A stretch of 64,000 nt of DNA from positions 248,001 to 312,000 of the forward strand of contig NW_026515682.1 in assembly GCF_025526975.1 (NCBI RefSeq), written 5' to 3'. A program made the translations under genes and the position numbers. Positions 15,949 to 28,873 of the stretch are shown here, piece after piece (positions within the stretch are counted from its first letter, which is position 1; the number at the start of each line of letters is the position of its first letter). The notes below the pieces were generated by a model. It did not search any database. It was not told the DNA's origin and saw only the letters and a program-made list of their open reading frames with translations. The stretch is from Fimicolochytrium jonesii. Taxonomy: Eukaryota.

Positions 15949-18567
15949 TCAAACCTGGCCGCCAGCCCCTCCAGCCGCCGCAGCCTGCGCGTTGGCATTG
16001 TAGTTCTCCATGTGCCCCGCCATATCGATTGCCTCCAGATACTCTCGTTCCGAAATGCTTGCGTGAGCTTTCACAAATCGCAGAATACGCTGAATGTCGT
16101 CCTTCATGAATTCGTGAGCCGGTATCACTTTCATGAGTCCCACGAAGGTGTTTTGAGCGAAGGGGAGGCCGTCTTCGATCACGCTTGAAGGAAGGGAGAG
16201 TATCAGGAAAAATATCATCTTGCGCATAGATTTCTGTTACGGACCATTTGACACGTCCCAGCAATAACGCCTCGTACTCTGAGGCGTGTTTCTTGACACC
16301 TGTAAAAACAACCTTGGTGACAAGCTCAGTATACCACGGATGTTGCCGTAACGCGCGGGCCTTTTCTGCATCTCGTTGCGCGTTCGCTCGCTGTCGCATG
16401 GCAGCGATATCGTCGGAGAACATTGTGTTGTTCTAGTTGGAATGGATTTGAGAGTGAGTCAGTAGCGACCTTCGGGAGTACGAGAAGGACGTGCTCCGAC
16501 CTTTCCAACTTTCAGCGCTTTGTATTTGCGAAGGAAGTGCGATTTCCGCTCGAAGTCCAGCCTACACATCCCATCTATTGTCAATATGCGAAGTGTGCAA
16601 AATTGGAACATTTGAGTCCCCCCCCCATGTGGTTCGACCTACCTATTTAGGTCGTCTAGAAGGACCTGCGTCAGTCGCCTTTGCTGTTCGTAGAAATGCT
16701 CCCGGGTCGTGTAGTACTAGAGGAAAGGCAAAGAACGCCATGAATAATTACAGTTTGGCGGCTGAGGTTGGAACGTCCAGAGCGGCCTTCGGGCACATCA
16801 GACACCCACCTGATCCGTCGCCATATTCCCTCGATCGTCGCGGTTTATATTCAGCGCCTGCTCCATCGCTTTCGGCGTCAGTGCCGCCACCTTTGACTTA
16901 TGACGGACCCCACCAAACGCCGTGGCGGACGCAGCCAAAGACGAGTTGGACCCAATCAATGAGTCGGCTCCTTTCATGTGATCGGCATCCGCCCCATTTG
17001 CGGACTCTGCTGACAGTGGTCGCTTATGTGTCGGCGTGCCCCATCGCTCTGGCTCACGGGGTAAGTCGCGGGCGACGGTCATGTTGGTTCGAGGGGTCTT
17101 TTTCCGCTTTTGCGTTTGCGCTATGGGGAGATAGAGAACGGTGTCAAGTTTCCAGAAAGACATCCCCTTTGTGGTGCCATACATGAATGCTCAACTGACA
17201 TATGAACCCGGGTATTGCCCTCTCCAGAACGTTTTGGAAGTATGCTTGCTTGTCCGTGTCGATCTTCAGGTTGTGCCAGTCCACTAAACAGACTCATTCA
17301 TGAGATCAAGCGATTTGTCCAATCGGTGTTGAAAGCCACCAACTGGCACAGAAAACCGCCGCCACAAGGCTCAGCGACATTACCTTCGCCCTCCTCCAAC
17401 GACGCGGCCGCCTTCCTCGATTTTGCGGCATCCGCACGATGCCGCCATGAGCTGTCATCAACGGTTTGCGAAAAGGGGATCCCAAACTGATGATGAACCA
17501 TCGGTGGTGAGCTCCATAATACTCATCACCATCTCCTGCTAACCGCCCCTCTTTCATTTGCCCCACCTTCACAGCATCAATCCTCCCCTTCGATTTTGCC
17601 AGCTTTCCTTTGATCAGGGAAAACCCATTATTGTGTCGCGGCGATACTTCTGCAGAATAGACAATCTCAGCACGACCTCCGGCAACTTGATCAACAGTAG
17701 CCCCGTGGAAGACGTACCTGTAGTCCTCCGCCCCACCGACTTCCTTATTTCCTTGATGTCATGTGTAGCTTCCGCGATGTTGGTTACTGCTGATCTGTTG
17801 ATGATGACTTTCAGCAACGCATCGAGCGAGGGTATCCTTCCATCGATATCGCTCTCACGTTTGCACGGCATTGGGGTCTATCCGCAGAGCAGTGTAGATA
17901 AGGTTGCTGGAGTCGAGTATAGGATCGCCTACGAGGGATGAAGAACGCGTTACCAAAGGACCAAGGAAATCTTGCCTTCAAAAGCGAACTGGCATACCGA
18001 GAGGTCTGTATGACTCTTTGGGATCTGAACAGAAACCCTGTTTGAGAATTTCCTGAAATCCAAGATATTATTCGACATTGTGATACTTTCACAAACCAAT
18101 GCGCGATTTATGTTAGTCTTACGGTCCACAATACATACCGTTCTCTTCTGCAGCCGAGCCAATCTCGCAGCATTCGACTCCTTCATTGTCATAACCAACT
18201 CCGTCCGCGTCGCCACATCCTTCGGCTCATACGTGTTCAGCCTGACCGGCGACTTCTCTATAATAGCATGCTTGACCTGGAGCTGAAATTCCGAGTCCCC
18301 ACCAGCTCCCGCCATCACATTTCCCGCTCCTGGGCCAGCTGCCCCAGCTCCAGCCAATCCGCCTCTATCAGGTTTGCCTTGGGCGCCGTGATGAAGGCCG
18401 CCATGATGCCCGAAGTGGGCGCGAAGCTTGGTTGGCGAGTTGGTGGAGATTGAATTCAGAGGTGTTGGTAAGGATGGCGGTAGGAGTGAGTTCGAAGTTG
18501 GAGTGGTGGATAGAGTGGACAGCGGGTCTGGCCGCGACGATGTCGGGCGCATTGTCATCTTGTGCAT
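15949..18567 (-). CDS. Hypothetical multi-exon protein (possibly two genes)
   Basis: Series of same-strand protein-like ORFs (17950-18567, 17614-17871, 16798-17184, 15949-16423) separated by intron-sized gaps. No family recognised. Confidence 0.5.
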
Positions 18568-18584
18568 GCTATAAACCGTGGGGA

Positions 18585-18610
18585 GCTATGCTATGCTATG
18601 CTATGCTATG
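18585..18610. repeat. (GCTAT)n microsatellite
   Basis: gctatgctatgctatgctatgctatg. Confidence 0.9.
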
Positions 18611-19397
18611 GACTATATATCTACTACAAATATGATGATGCAGTTCGCAAAAAGCCGATGAAGATTCAACGGTTTGTTTTCCCCCCGCTTGACGGGATTG
18701 TTGTCGAAATCCTAAAAATCCAACGCCGGACATTTTACGCCTAAGGTACTATGTAAACCACGATGACACACGCGATCACACCCGCCGAAGGGGAGGATGC
18801 CTGCGCTTCACACCTACACCTACAACATTACACACTACATACAGACTATATCGACCGGGCATCCGTCGAAGTGGAAGTACTGTATTTGATCGGGGAAGTT
18901 TGCACAAGTTGCTGGCAGCGTCGTGGTGAGTATAGGCTTGACTTATCCTGCTAGCAGGCTCTCACAACAAGGAAGTGCGCATACCGTAGTGCTTCATCTT
19001 TCTGGCTCGCCCCTCGCTTTAGAGTTCAGGTAACCGAGATGGAAGCTGGGCCATTCCTGGCTCCATGGCGCATCGCCGCAGCCGAGAGTCCCATGTGATG
19101 TGTGGGTGAAGGCAGTACTGCGCGTGAGGTTGATGACCTTACGTGTTCGTGTGGAGCTGCTGCCGACCCCATTTGACGGTAACCCCCAAACTGGCACTCT
19201 ACAGTCTACAGTACGTGAAAATAGACATGCAACCCTCAAGATCCCAGGGACTGTGTATGTACAGTACAACGGACATTTCAACCCACTTAGTTGCCGCCCA
19301 CTTGCCATATCAGCGCATCTGCAGTAGCTTCTATACGCAGCTGACCACGTAGAGCGGCACCCTCAGTGTGATCCATTCCCCCTCACCTAGGTTCCAA

Positions 19398-21128
19398 ATG
19401 TCTTCGCATTCGTACTCGCCGTATTATGCATCCTACGGACATCCAGGAGGACACCTCCCCGGCACTGGGTCTGCGGCGACAGGCAAATACTCCCCATATC
19501 CTCTGCCGTATTCCTCCACCTATGGCACGTCCGCGCAACCACCGCGGTCCTGCTCCGCAGCCTCGTCTTCCGCGTCCAGTACGCTCGACTCCACGCGGGA
19601 CCACCATCACCCCCATCAACCATACCCCGCACCCCGCCTGTCTTCACCACCCTCCTCATATTTACGCCCAGACTCGTCAACTCACCACTTATCGGCAGCT
19701 TCACAATCACACGATGCATACCGAAGATCCTCTTCAACGTCCCCAGTTGGACCCCTATCGACCATGCCTGGATTGTCTGGACCACGGTCACCACCCTCAC
19801 CGCGTTTGTATGGAGCATCACGCGCCGGCATGAACGACCCTTTGCAGATATATTGGTCGAGGCCGGACAGCGGTGGTGGGATTACACACTCACACTCGCT
19901 GCCGGTAGGGAGGGACTTTCAAGGGGAGCCGACGCGGGCGTCGTTCGACTCGCGAAGTGGGGGGATGCAGAATTGGTATTCTGACAAAACAATAGTGGAT
20001 GACGAGGATGATGCAGAGCCAGACGGAACAGATATGGATCATGCCATCGGAGGAAAGCAGGCAGACCCATCGTATTGGCAGAAAAATCAACAACAACGAC
20101 CACCGAGGTCTCGTGTACCAACATCGGACGAGGTGATTGAGGACTCGAGAAGCACAACACCCAAACCGGAGCATTTTGAGCGGCATTCGTCCCGCGCGTC
20201 GGTCGATACCCGTCGAAGATCTCCTTCACCTGTTCAGCCGTCGTCAATTGACGACCAGATGCAACTGTTCCTCTTTTCGCTGTTGTCCTTCGTCCTTCTC
20301 CACATTCTCCCGTTCTTTGCCCAATGGACATCCGCATTGCGATACCGGTTTGGCACGTATATCGGATCAGCCCTGATTTTGTCATCGTCGGTGGCAGGCG
20401 GGGCGTTTCTTCGATCCCGAAAATCGTCGATGCACAGCGCTTATAAGGCGATAAGCGCACACCCTGCGTCCCGAGAGTTGGGAGCATTGGGGCTGACAGT
20501 TGCAATCGCCTACTTGTGCATCCTGTTGTGTCCGCTCACATTTCGTCTGCTGCACAACATGGGTGGCTCGGCCCCATTCTTTGGTGTCATTGTCGGCGGG
20601 GCCTTGGTGTGGTGGTCGATATTGTTCGGGTTGACGACTGTTGGGGTGTTGGGCTTCTGGTCATGGGATTTGACAAAAGTCGTGCACTCCATTGTCGTCA
20701 AGGCCGTTCGGTACATTGCATTGGGCGAGGCCGCAGAGGATGCCAACGAGGCACCGCCGTCCTCGACCGCGTCAACATCATCGACTTCCCGGATCCATCC
20801 ATTAGCTACGACTCGAATGACGACAACAACGTCCACTTTCCGGGTCGTAAATCCAGACGAAGGAACGCGTCCACGGGGCGGGTACGACGGCTTCGATTCT
20901 GTCGCCACTAAACTCACCTCCATGAAAATGTCTGCCGTCTCACACCACGATGGTAATCCATACGGCTCAGGCGGCGGTGTCACGGCGACGGCGGCGGAGA
21001 GGTTCGGGGCGAAAATGGAATATGATAGGGAGAGGCGAGAAGCGGCGTTTTCGGCCTCGACGCAACGGAACTTTGGGTTTCGGGTGGCTAATCCTGGAGA
21101 CGGCGATCGAGTGTCGAGGTCGGGTTAG
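19398..21128 (+). CDS. Hypothetical membrane protein with Ser/Pro-rich disordered N-terminus and about 4-5 TM helices
   Basis: Long uninterrupted ORF. Hydrophobic segments MQLFLFSLLSFVLLHILPFF, YIGSALILSS, LGLTVAIAYLCILL and FFGVIVGGALVWW. Confidence 0.75.
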   Translation: MSSHSYSPYYASYGHPGGHLPGTGSAATGKYSPYPLPYSSTYGTSAQPPRSCSAASSSASSTLDSTRDHHHPHQPYPAPRLSSPPSSYLRPDSSTHHLSAASQSHDAYRRSSSTSPVGPLSTMPGLSGPRSPPSPRLYGASRAGMNDPLQIYWSRPDSGGGITHSHSLPVGRDFQGEPTRASFDSRSGGMQNWYSDKTIVDDEDDAEPDGTDMDHAIGGKQADPSYWQKNQQQRPPRSRVPTSDEVIEDSRSTTPKPEHFERHSSRASVDTRRRSPSPVQPSSIDDQMQLFLFSLLSFVLLHILPFFAQWTSALRYRFGTYIGSALILSSSVAGGAFLRSRKSSMHSAYKAISAHPASRELGALGLTVAIAYLCILLCPLTFRLLHNMGGSAPFFGVIVGGALVWWSILFGLTTVGVLGFWSWDLTKVVHSIVVKAVRYIALGEAAEDANEAPPSSTASTSSTSRIHPLATTRMTTTTSTFRVVNPDEGTRPRGGYDGFDSVATKLTSMKMSAVSHHDGNPYGSGGGVTATAAERFGAKMEYDRERREAAFSASTQRNFGFRVANPGDGDRVSRSG

Positions 21129-22186
21129 GAGGATGGAGGAGGGTGAGGAGGTTGTGAAGGTGAGGTGGCGAGATTCTCTGGTCCTGGTCCCCTTTGAGGT
21201 CCCCAATTGTAAAACAATGCTTTCTTTGGCTTATGGCGTGAATGTTATCACTGCTTGTATATATACAGTATGTACATTCGTTGTCCTTCCTTGAAGAATA
21301 GTCGTCTCGTGAGCGCCCTGGTCCTTTTCCGCATATCCAACCCCCTGTACAAAGGGCCTTCCATCGTGTGTCGCGCGTTGTCTTTCGTATTCACGCGAAA
21401 GACACCAGCATACGTATCCTGGGCGACAAAACGCTCAGGTCCAGAGTAAATTCCGATTCCTTATCTCCGCTGTTGTGTACTGTCTTCTCATAAGTGTGGC
21501 GGTGGGTCTTCAGGTCGGGCCGTATCGACATTTCCGAACTAGCGCCGCGACATCTGCTTTCTTCGATCCCGCTCCACGTCCTCTACGACGGCCCTCAGAT
21601 TCTTTGGACGTTTCTTCGCAACGACTGCGATGGAATGAGTCGGTTGGCCACCGCAAGATGTTCAAGTCTGGAAGGTGCAAAAAAGTCAAAAAATGTCCGG
21701 TGATGACTCGCCGACGACTGGACCCTTTAAATTCTCGGTACTGGATCCAGGACTTACCCGGTCTTAATGAGTCTGTGTCACTTTCACCCGCCCCCTTGAA
21801 ACCGCGAACTTGGTCGAATGAGAGCCAACTCCGAGGAGACAAAAACTTCCGCATGGAAATGCTCAAATTCTTAATGTGCGGTCATTAACGGCGCGTCCGA
21901 GGTGGGGACACATTTCCTTATTGCGGCGGATTGCGAGGGGAATGTGATGAGGTTGCCGCCACCAACCTGCGCTCCTCTGGCGTTGTTCCCCACGTCCATT
22001 CCCACACCTCATTGCAACGGGAAGTGCGCATTGCTCATAGCGTACGGGCTCCACAGAGCACCAGCATAGACAGTAGATACCACCTTCGCAACACGTACGT
22101 CTTGCTCTCTGTAAAAGTCGCCCCTGTCTGATCTTTTTCTCACCCTCGGACCCCTTTTTCCCACGCTACCATTAGCCTCACACCCA

Positions 22187-23335
22187 ATGACGGTCCCAAA
22201 AATCATTCGGAAGCGCCGGCAAAATGTGGCAACGCAGTTCAACTTGATGGTCGCTGGCCACTGCTTCACCGGCAAGACCGCCTACTTGCAGACCCTGGTT
22301 GACTCTCTCGACGTGAAGGGCGTTTACCCTGACAGCGGCTCCCTGGAGACCCTGACTTCCCTTCTCCCTCCGCAAGACATTACAGAACCGACTGCGGCCC
22401 CTGCTCGGATAGAATTTGTAGTCGACCCCAGCGCTGAAGAGAGGATCTCATTGCGTGTGATAGACACACCCGGCGTTCCCATCCCTACCAACATCCACCG
22501 TAACACCGACAACAGCGAACAACATGTAGAGTCCGCCATGCCCCATGTTTCGTCCCTAGTCGACTTCCTGACCTCTCAATTCGAGCGGAGCTTGTTGGAG
22601 GAATCTAAAGTGCGCCGAAACCCGAAATCACCAGACTACCAGATTCACGCCTGCTTGTACTTCCTGGACCCGCAGGTCTGCTTCGCCTGCGGAGGGCTGA
22701 CCTCCATAGATCGGTACGCTCTCGAACAACTATGTGCTCACGTGAACGTCATCGTCTGCCTCGGCAAAGCCGATCTCCTGACCGTGAGACACCTCCAATC
22801 CCTGCGCTCGATGGTTATCGACGACCTGGCGACATACGGCATCCCCGTCTTCGCCTTCCCAGAAGACCCCGACGTCGAGTACGACAAAGCCGCCATCGCG
22901 CTGAACGAACAACTGCGCTCCATGCTCCCCTTCGCCATCATCAACTCGGAAGAGGCCGAGCCGGAAGTGCCCCAGAACGATGAAGACCTCATAGCCCCGC
23001 TCCCCAAGACGGAGCCCAAACCCCGCGTTTTGGGCAGGAAGTACCCCTGGGGTATCGTGGAAGTGGAGAACCCTGACCATTGCGATTTCACGCAGGTCAA
23101 GGAAACCCTGTTCTTGACGCATTTGCATGAGTTGAAGCTGTTGACGAGGGAGCTGTACTATGAGCAATGGCGTACGGACAAGCTCTTGGAGGTGCGCAAC
23201 TCCGCTCTTGGAAGCACCCTGAGCAAAGATTACGCATCGAGCATCGCCAGCGATTTGGAGGGGGTCACTTTGAAGGAGGGTGGACGTCAAGCGAACGGCG
23301 AGACGGAGCGGAAGATGGGCGCTCTTCGACAATGA
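22187..23335 (+). CDS. Septin family GTPase (divergent, intronless)
   Basis: Polybasic KRRQN then FNLMVAGxxxxGKT, VIDTPG, IHACLYFL, GKAD, and the septin-unique element GRKYPWGIVEVENPDHCDF. Confidence 0.93.
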   Translation: MTVPKIIRKRRQNVATQFNLMVAGHCFTGKTAYLQTLVDSLDVKGVYPDSGSLETLTSLLPPQDITEPTAAPARIEFVVDPSAEERISLRVIDTPGVPIPTNIHRNTDNSEQHVESAMPHVSSLVDFLTSQFERSLLEESKVRRNPKSPDYQIHACLYFLDPQVCFACGGLTSIDRYALEQLCAHVNVIVCLGKADLLTVRHLQSLRSMVIDDLATYGIPVFAFPEDPDVEYDKAAIALNEQLRSMLPFAIINSEEAEPEVPQNDEDLIAPLPKTEPKPRVLGRKYPWGIVEVENPDHCDFTQVKETLFLTHLHELKLLTRELYYEQWRTDKLLEVRNSALGSTLSKDYASSIASDLEGVTLKEGGRQANGETERKMGALRQ

Positions 23336-23698
23336 TCTTCCATGAGTCCTCACCAATTCAACGTACTAAACAAAGGAGGCCTATCATTCGGTAGTCTTAG
23401 ATGGTAAATAGAATCTTCCGGGAGGCCCAAGTTCTCCCACTTCGGCGTAACTTTCGTTTGTTTCCTCGCGACACACAAACTACTTTTGTGTAGCTAGAGA
23501 GTGATTTGCAAGGTTCAAATCATGGTTTTGTAACATGCCTCCCCACTTCCCTCCCCCCCACATCTGTAATTAATCGTGTCTCTCTTATTTTTTGTCGAAA
23601 AACGTGCTGTAAAATGTATTTACACCGCATATAGAAACGGAAGTTAAATAAAAAACCTAGCCCTTAAGCCTTTACTGTTGGGGGGTGGTGGTTAAGGA

Positions 23699-25780
23699 TT
23701 AAGCCGCACATTGCTTGCCCTCCCCACCCTTGAATAGTGACTTGAGAGTGAGGATGGTACTCAAGATCATCACGACGAATCCAAAAAAGATGCTAGCCAG
23801 CGGCCCGGCTTTTTTCCATGAGAATGTGGGGCCTGATGCTAGTTTAATATAGCACGCTGCTGGTAATATGTATGCCAGGACTGTCGCGGCAAACCCGCCC
23901 TTCATGCGCGGAGGGAGATAAGAGACATAGTTGATGAGACACATGAGGACAATCACTGCAGAGCTACCTCCAAACGACATACCGTAATCTCCAGCACAAA
24001 CCCCAAATCACACGTCACCAGCGCAATCCCCATCGCCGACAAACTCAACGCCCCCGTAATCAAAGCATGGTCTCTACCCGACACCAAGTTCCCGACATCC
24101 CCATGCGGCAGCGCAACGTCGAGCTGCGTCGGGTGCGCGTAGACGTAGTTGTAGATGACTTCGCGGCAGACGAAGCATTCGAGGGGGAAGGTGAGGAACA
24201 TGTTGGCGCCGAAGCAGAGGCGGGCGAGGTTGATGAGGAGGTGGTCGCGGGGGAAGTTGTTTAGGATGTTTGCTGGGGGGAAATTGAGAGGTTGGTGAGC
24301 ATGCTTTTGCGGACCAGGTGTGAAACAGTATGGATTTACCCTCCACTTTGCTGGTAAAGACGAGATATCCGCCCACGGCAAGGATGAGACATGCCAGCAG
24401 GGAGAACCTGTATTACAAGCTGTTAGTTCTCAAGCAACGATTTGGAATCAAAGATTGCCAGGGAGAAAGCTTACCCAGTCGAAAGCCGCGTCACAACAGC
24501 AAAGCGGTCCATCGTCGGCTTCTTCAACGATCCATAGATTAGGAATGTGTTGTGGTGACATACGAAGGCTGTTTGCATGGAGGCCATCATCAGTATGCGT
24601 ATCCACATAAGCAGCTCAAGCCACTCTGTAGCAGGCACCCACCGAAACTAATCACTCCAATCGCCTGAAAGAACCCGCCTTCCAATACCGTCATCGCCCC
24701 TTCCGCCGGCCCTTTCTTCTCCGCCGGCAGCGCCACCCCCGAACCCACAACCGACAGGATGATAAAAACGATAGCGGCAAGCGAGATGGCGCTGGTTTTG
24801 GCTAGTGCGGATACATCCCGGTACAGCGATAATGGCAGGGAGATGAATATCGTGCATATCGTGATCATGATGCGGCGGGATGATATGATTGGGTAGATTA
24901 GGTTTGTGTTTGGTATGAAGTGGGAGAGCACGAGCGGGAGTGTGTCGCCGACGATTACTGCGTAGGCACACATTGCTGGAATGGGTTGATGAGACTTGCG
25001 GACAAGCTGTGATGCGAACGCAATGGCAGAGCTACTAACGCACCTCCATAAGCAAAGATAAACTGGAATATGGATATCGTGATGTATCCCCGTTGCCCAA
25101 AGCAATGCCAGATCAGATCCTGGTACGAGCTTTTGCCGGCCATTTTGCCGTCCTTGATCAGAAGATTGACTGTCCAGTCTGTGGGAGAGATGGTAGTTTA
25201 GCGAATGACTCTGCTAGCTTGCGCCGTCAATGACTTCCAATCTACACACATGCTGAAAATTATGTACCTACAACAAATGTCAGAGCGAATAGGAGGACCA
25301 ACCCTGCAACGAAGCCCGCCTCGTAAAACGCGTATGGCAGGCCTAGGGAAGGCATGCATGTGAGCTCAGCGGTCCCTGCATATGCATCCTCCTTGTCGCC
25401 TTCAGCCAACCATTCTCCGCCCACCTATGATTCCTAGAAGGAGACATCGGGGTGACATAGGTCTAGTCAGCCTAAACCGCTCGTCTGACAACAACATCTT
25501 TACGGGCCATCCACTCACCGGCCCCAATAATGGAATTGGTGAAATTGAAAGTAGCATCCCACACAGTCGAAGCCTTCTGATCCAGTAACTGTCTCGACAA
25601 GTGATCCCTACTCCCGCCGTGTGCACCCTCCCCGTCCAAACCGAGCAGCTCATGCTCCTCCTCGTCAAGATTGAAGTCAAAGTCATCCCAACTCTCGGCC
25701 TGTCGGGTGCTGCTTATTGGGACGTCTATGGGACTAGCTGCGGTGTCGCTGTGTGGGCTTGGAGTTGAGAAGCGACTCAT
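23699..25780 (-). CDS. Amino acid transporter, AAAP/SLC38 (AVT2-like), multi-exon
   Basis: ATFNFTNSIIGAG, LPLSLYRDVSALAKTS, NILNNFP and FPLECFVCRE. Confidence 0.92.
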
Positions 25781-26445
25781 GGTTATTTGACGGTTCTGAT
25801 GACTTGATGGGATCTGCCAAGGGCACAGTACGTCGAAAAGTCGACCGAGCGTGTTGGGGTTGAGGCCGTTTTGCGAGATGACCGCAGCGGCGCGCAGATG
25901 TGGCCGCTCGGATCACTCTTGAGTCTTGACTCTTAGGCCCCCAATTTACTGGGATCGACAATTAGTAAATCAAGTTGGTCTCGAGATTTGGCTCGAGTTG
26001 TGGGCACCTTATCGATAGCTGATCTCCAGCCCTTTTTTAAGGGGACCTACTTCTCAATATGCCAATTTACTCAGCTGCGTACCGGAGACCAGGGTCTTGT
26101 CAAGCTAAACTTGGCACATCTCGGGATTGGTGTCCAGAGTCGATCTCAAATGGGAGTAAATTCATGTCTGCGAGATCCACCAGGTCGGTCTCCAGACCGG
26201 TCTCCAGATCCAGAGAGTTGGGGGAGTCTGAAAACCTGTCGCCAAGCCTGTCTCCAGTCGTGTCTGCCCTCATGAACGACCTCTGGACTGAACCTGCCTT
26301 CATCTGCGCACTCTCTCGGCATTATCGATAACCCAAGAAAAAAAATTGCTCGCTCGATCGCCAAACCAAACGGCAGGAGGAAGATGGGCGGAGCGATGGA
26401 TGGATGTATTGCACACTACAACATTTTACACAGAACTACATTCTT

Positions 26446-27675
26446 CTATTCAGCTGCATATCGCAATTCCAATAACGTCGCGCCATGACACAGCTGAGAC
26501 AGCGTCCAGTTCAAAAGTTTCTCCAGAATCCCCATTTGTGCCGGATTCAAGGAAAAATGCGTTTCGGCCGTCGACATGAGGCTTTCTGAAAGAAGGAATC
26601 CCTTCGCCACGGCTTTTGACGCATGTCCATATTCGAGCCGTTCGTCTTTGATCTTGTTTATCATTCCGACGAACTGGAATTGCTTGTCCTTGTCCACGCC
26701 GTCAGGCAGACTCAACTCGTTTCCAAGGTCGGACCATGCAATCGCCGCCGTGGTTAAGGCCTTGTTCATGGTCATGCAATCGACGTCGAACCGTTTGCAG
26801 AGCAGTCGCTCATTGGCGCTAATGAAATCGTAAACCGCATTCATGCATTCAGCCTTCTCAGCGCGCTCCTTGGCGGTGGCCAGTTGTTCCTTAGCGGTGG
26901 CCAGTTGTTCTTAAGCAGTGGTCACTTGTTCCTGTAAGAGCGCAATTTCCTTCTCGCGGGTGGCAGACTGCTCGGCGTGGGTTGCCAGCATGAGGTCGAT
27001 TTTCTCACTCTGCTGGCAAATCTTCTCGGTCAGTTCAACGTACAGTAGGCTGCCAGATATCAGGTTACGACGCCCCAAGGACCCATCTCAAGTTCCGACC
27101 CCCATGCAAATCCTTTCAGCACGACCGCTAGCCCAGGGCAGGACTGACAGCTGGCCGGTGACTTCTGGGGTTGCACAGGGAGGCTCAACCCGTCGTAACC
27201 TGATATCTGGCAGCCTACTGTAAGGTTGTTGGGCGAGCTTCAACGTCGCAGACAAGAAAGGTTCGACGTCCCTCAGCAAACCGGCGAGGTCCAAGGGTCG
27301 ATAGGCGGCGTGCATGTAAGGTGTACGTCCTTCTGTCGACGGGCCAAGGAATAGCTGCCCGCTCATCGTGGTTATGTGGTCAACTATGCGGAGCGCCTTG
27401 TCCTTAACGAAAGGATCCGGAAATTCTTCGATGGTGCGCTTCAATTTGGCAATCTCCTGTTGCATGCTTTGCAGCTGCAACAGAGGTGTGTTGACGCCGC
27501 TAGTTTCGCAAAGCATGTGCTGCACAGAGGCAATTAGTTGCCGCAGCTGCGGGACCTTGGCCTCCCAGCCCGAACTTCGGGTTAGGATGAGAGACTTCAT
27601 TTCGTCAAGCTTGACTAGAAGCCGGGTGGCCAATTCGGATGACATGTGGGCTGATCGGGTTGAAGCGGGGGCCAA
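26446..27675 (-). pseudogene. Coiled-coil hypothetical gene disrupted by a MITE and an in-frame TAA
   Basis: Removing 27043-27220 plus one TA joins KLAQQPY to VELTEKICQQSEKIDLML..., in frame with ORF 26446-26844. One TAA lies in a TA[K/*]EQLAT heptad repeat near 26912. Confidence 0.75.
27043..27220. mobile_element. 178-bp MITE with 30-bp perfect TIRs and TA target-site duplication (Tc1/mariner-pogo type)
   Basis: TA-CAGTAGGCTGCCAGATATCAGGTTACGACG (27043-27072) ... CGTCGTAACCTGATATCTGGCAGCCTACTG-TA (27191-27220). Confidence 0.92.
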
Positions 27676-27843
27676 GACGGGAGGGGCGAATGGGAGGGAG
27701 AACCTTTGCGGTGATCGTTTAAATCATCCCAGACAGGGACGTTGCGCCACATCTGGTGCCGGGCGAGCAAAGTACTGTAATTTGTCACTGTGGCAAAATC
27801 GGATTGTGGAAGTTGAAGTTCACAGCCTCAAATTTCTACACAA

Positions 27844-28873
27844 ATGTCAGCTCCATCAGCAGCCATCTTCCGTCGCACGCTCTCCACAATGTCGTCTTCT
27901 CGTTCAAGGCTGCTACTCAAGCCCGAGTCGACGGCTTTCTTTGTTTGCGACATTCAGGAGCGTTTCCGCGGCCTAATATGGAACTTTCCTCATGTCATCA
28001 ATACTGCAGCGAAGATGGTAAGCCCCGAAGGGATATGTGGGTGGGGAGGGAAGGGAAGGGAGGGAACTATGCATTTCCTACGCTTCTACGATATGTTGAA
28101 GTCTAATACTTGGATGAGGTATGTAGCTGGACGCCGCTGAGCTTTTGAAAGTGCCAGTCATCGTGACGGAACAGCACCCGAAAGGTGAGCCCCCGTTTTC
28201 TCAATGCAACGCCTCCACTATCTTCGGCAAAAGACGGACAGGGAGGGTTAGGCACACCATGAGCTTCGCCAGGCTCACAAACGCATCCCCTCTGCCCGTC
28301 GTGCAGCACTGGGAAACACGGTCAAGGAGCTAAACATCCAGAACGCGCGGGTTGTCGTTGCAAAGACAAAGTTTTCCATGTTTGTGCCACAAGTAGAGAA
28401 GCTTCTGAAGGAGGAGCTGAAGACTGAGAATGCTGTGATCTTCGGTATTGAGGTGAGTGTCCGGCTCATTTGTAGCTATGATTGAAGAATGCGCCATTCA
28501 ACATACTACCGTCAAATCCCTCAGTCCCATGTATGCGTCATGCAAACCGCTTTGGAGCTTCTGGACCATAACTACAACGTCATCGTGCTAGCGGATGGAG
28601 TCTCGTCGCAGAACAAAGGGGAAGTCAGCATCGCTCTCGCAGTAAGTAGTTAGTCAATGATCTCCCCCATGTCGGCGGATTGACAGATGTCTCCACCTTT
28701 CCGCACATCAGCGCCTACGCGCGGCAGGAGCAACCGTGGCCACCTCAGAGTCCATCATGTTCCAGCTCCTTGGAGATGCTTCACATGAGAAATTTCGGGA
28801 CCTCAGCAAACTCGTGAAGAAGCATTCAGGAGAGACGAAAGCGGCCCATGAGGCAATCACAGCCAACCTCTGA
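27844..28873 (+). CDS. Isochorismatase domain-containing protein (ISOC1/2-like)
   Basis: [45 protein letters not shown] and [12 protein letters not shown]. Confidence 0.92.

Noticed and set aside
21450..22150. Possible RNA gene or ORFs upstream of the septin
   Set aside because: No tRNA cloverleaf, snRNA motif or protein family could be recognised.
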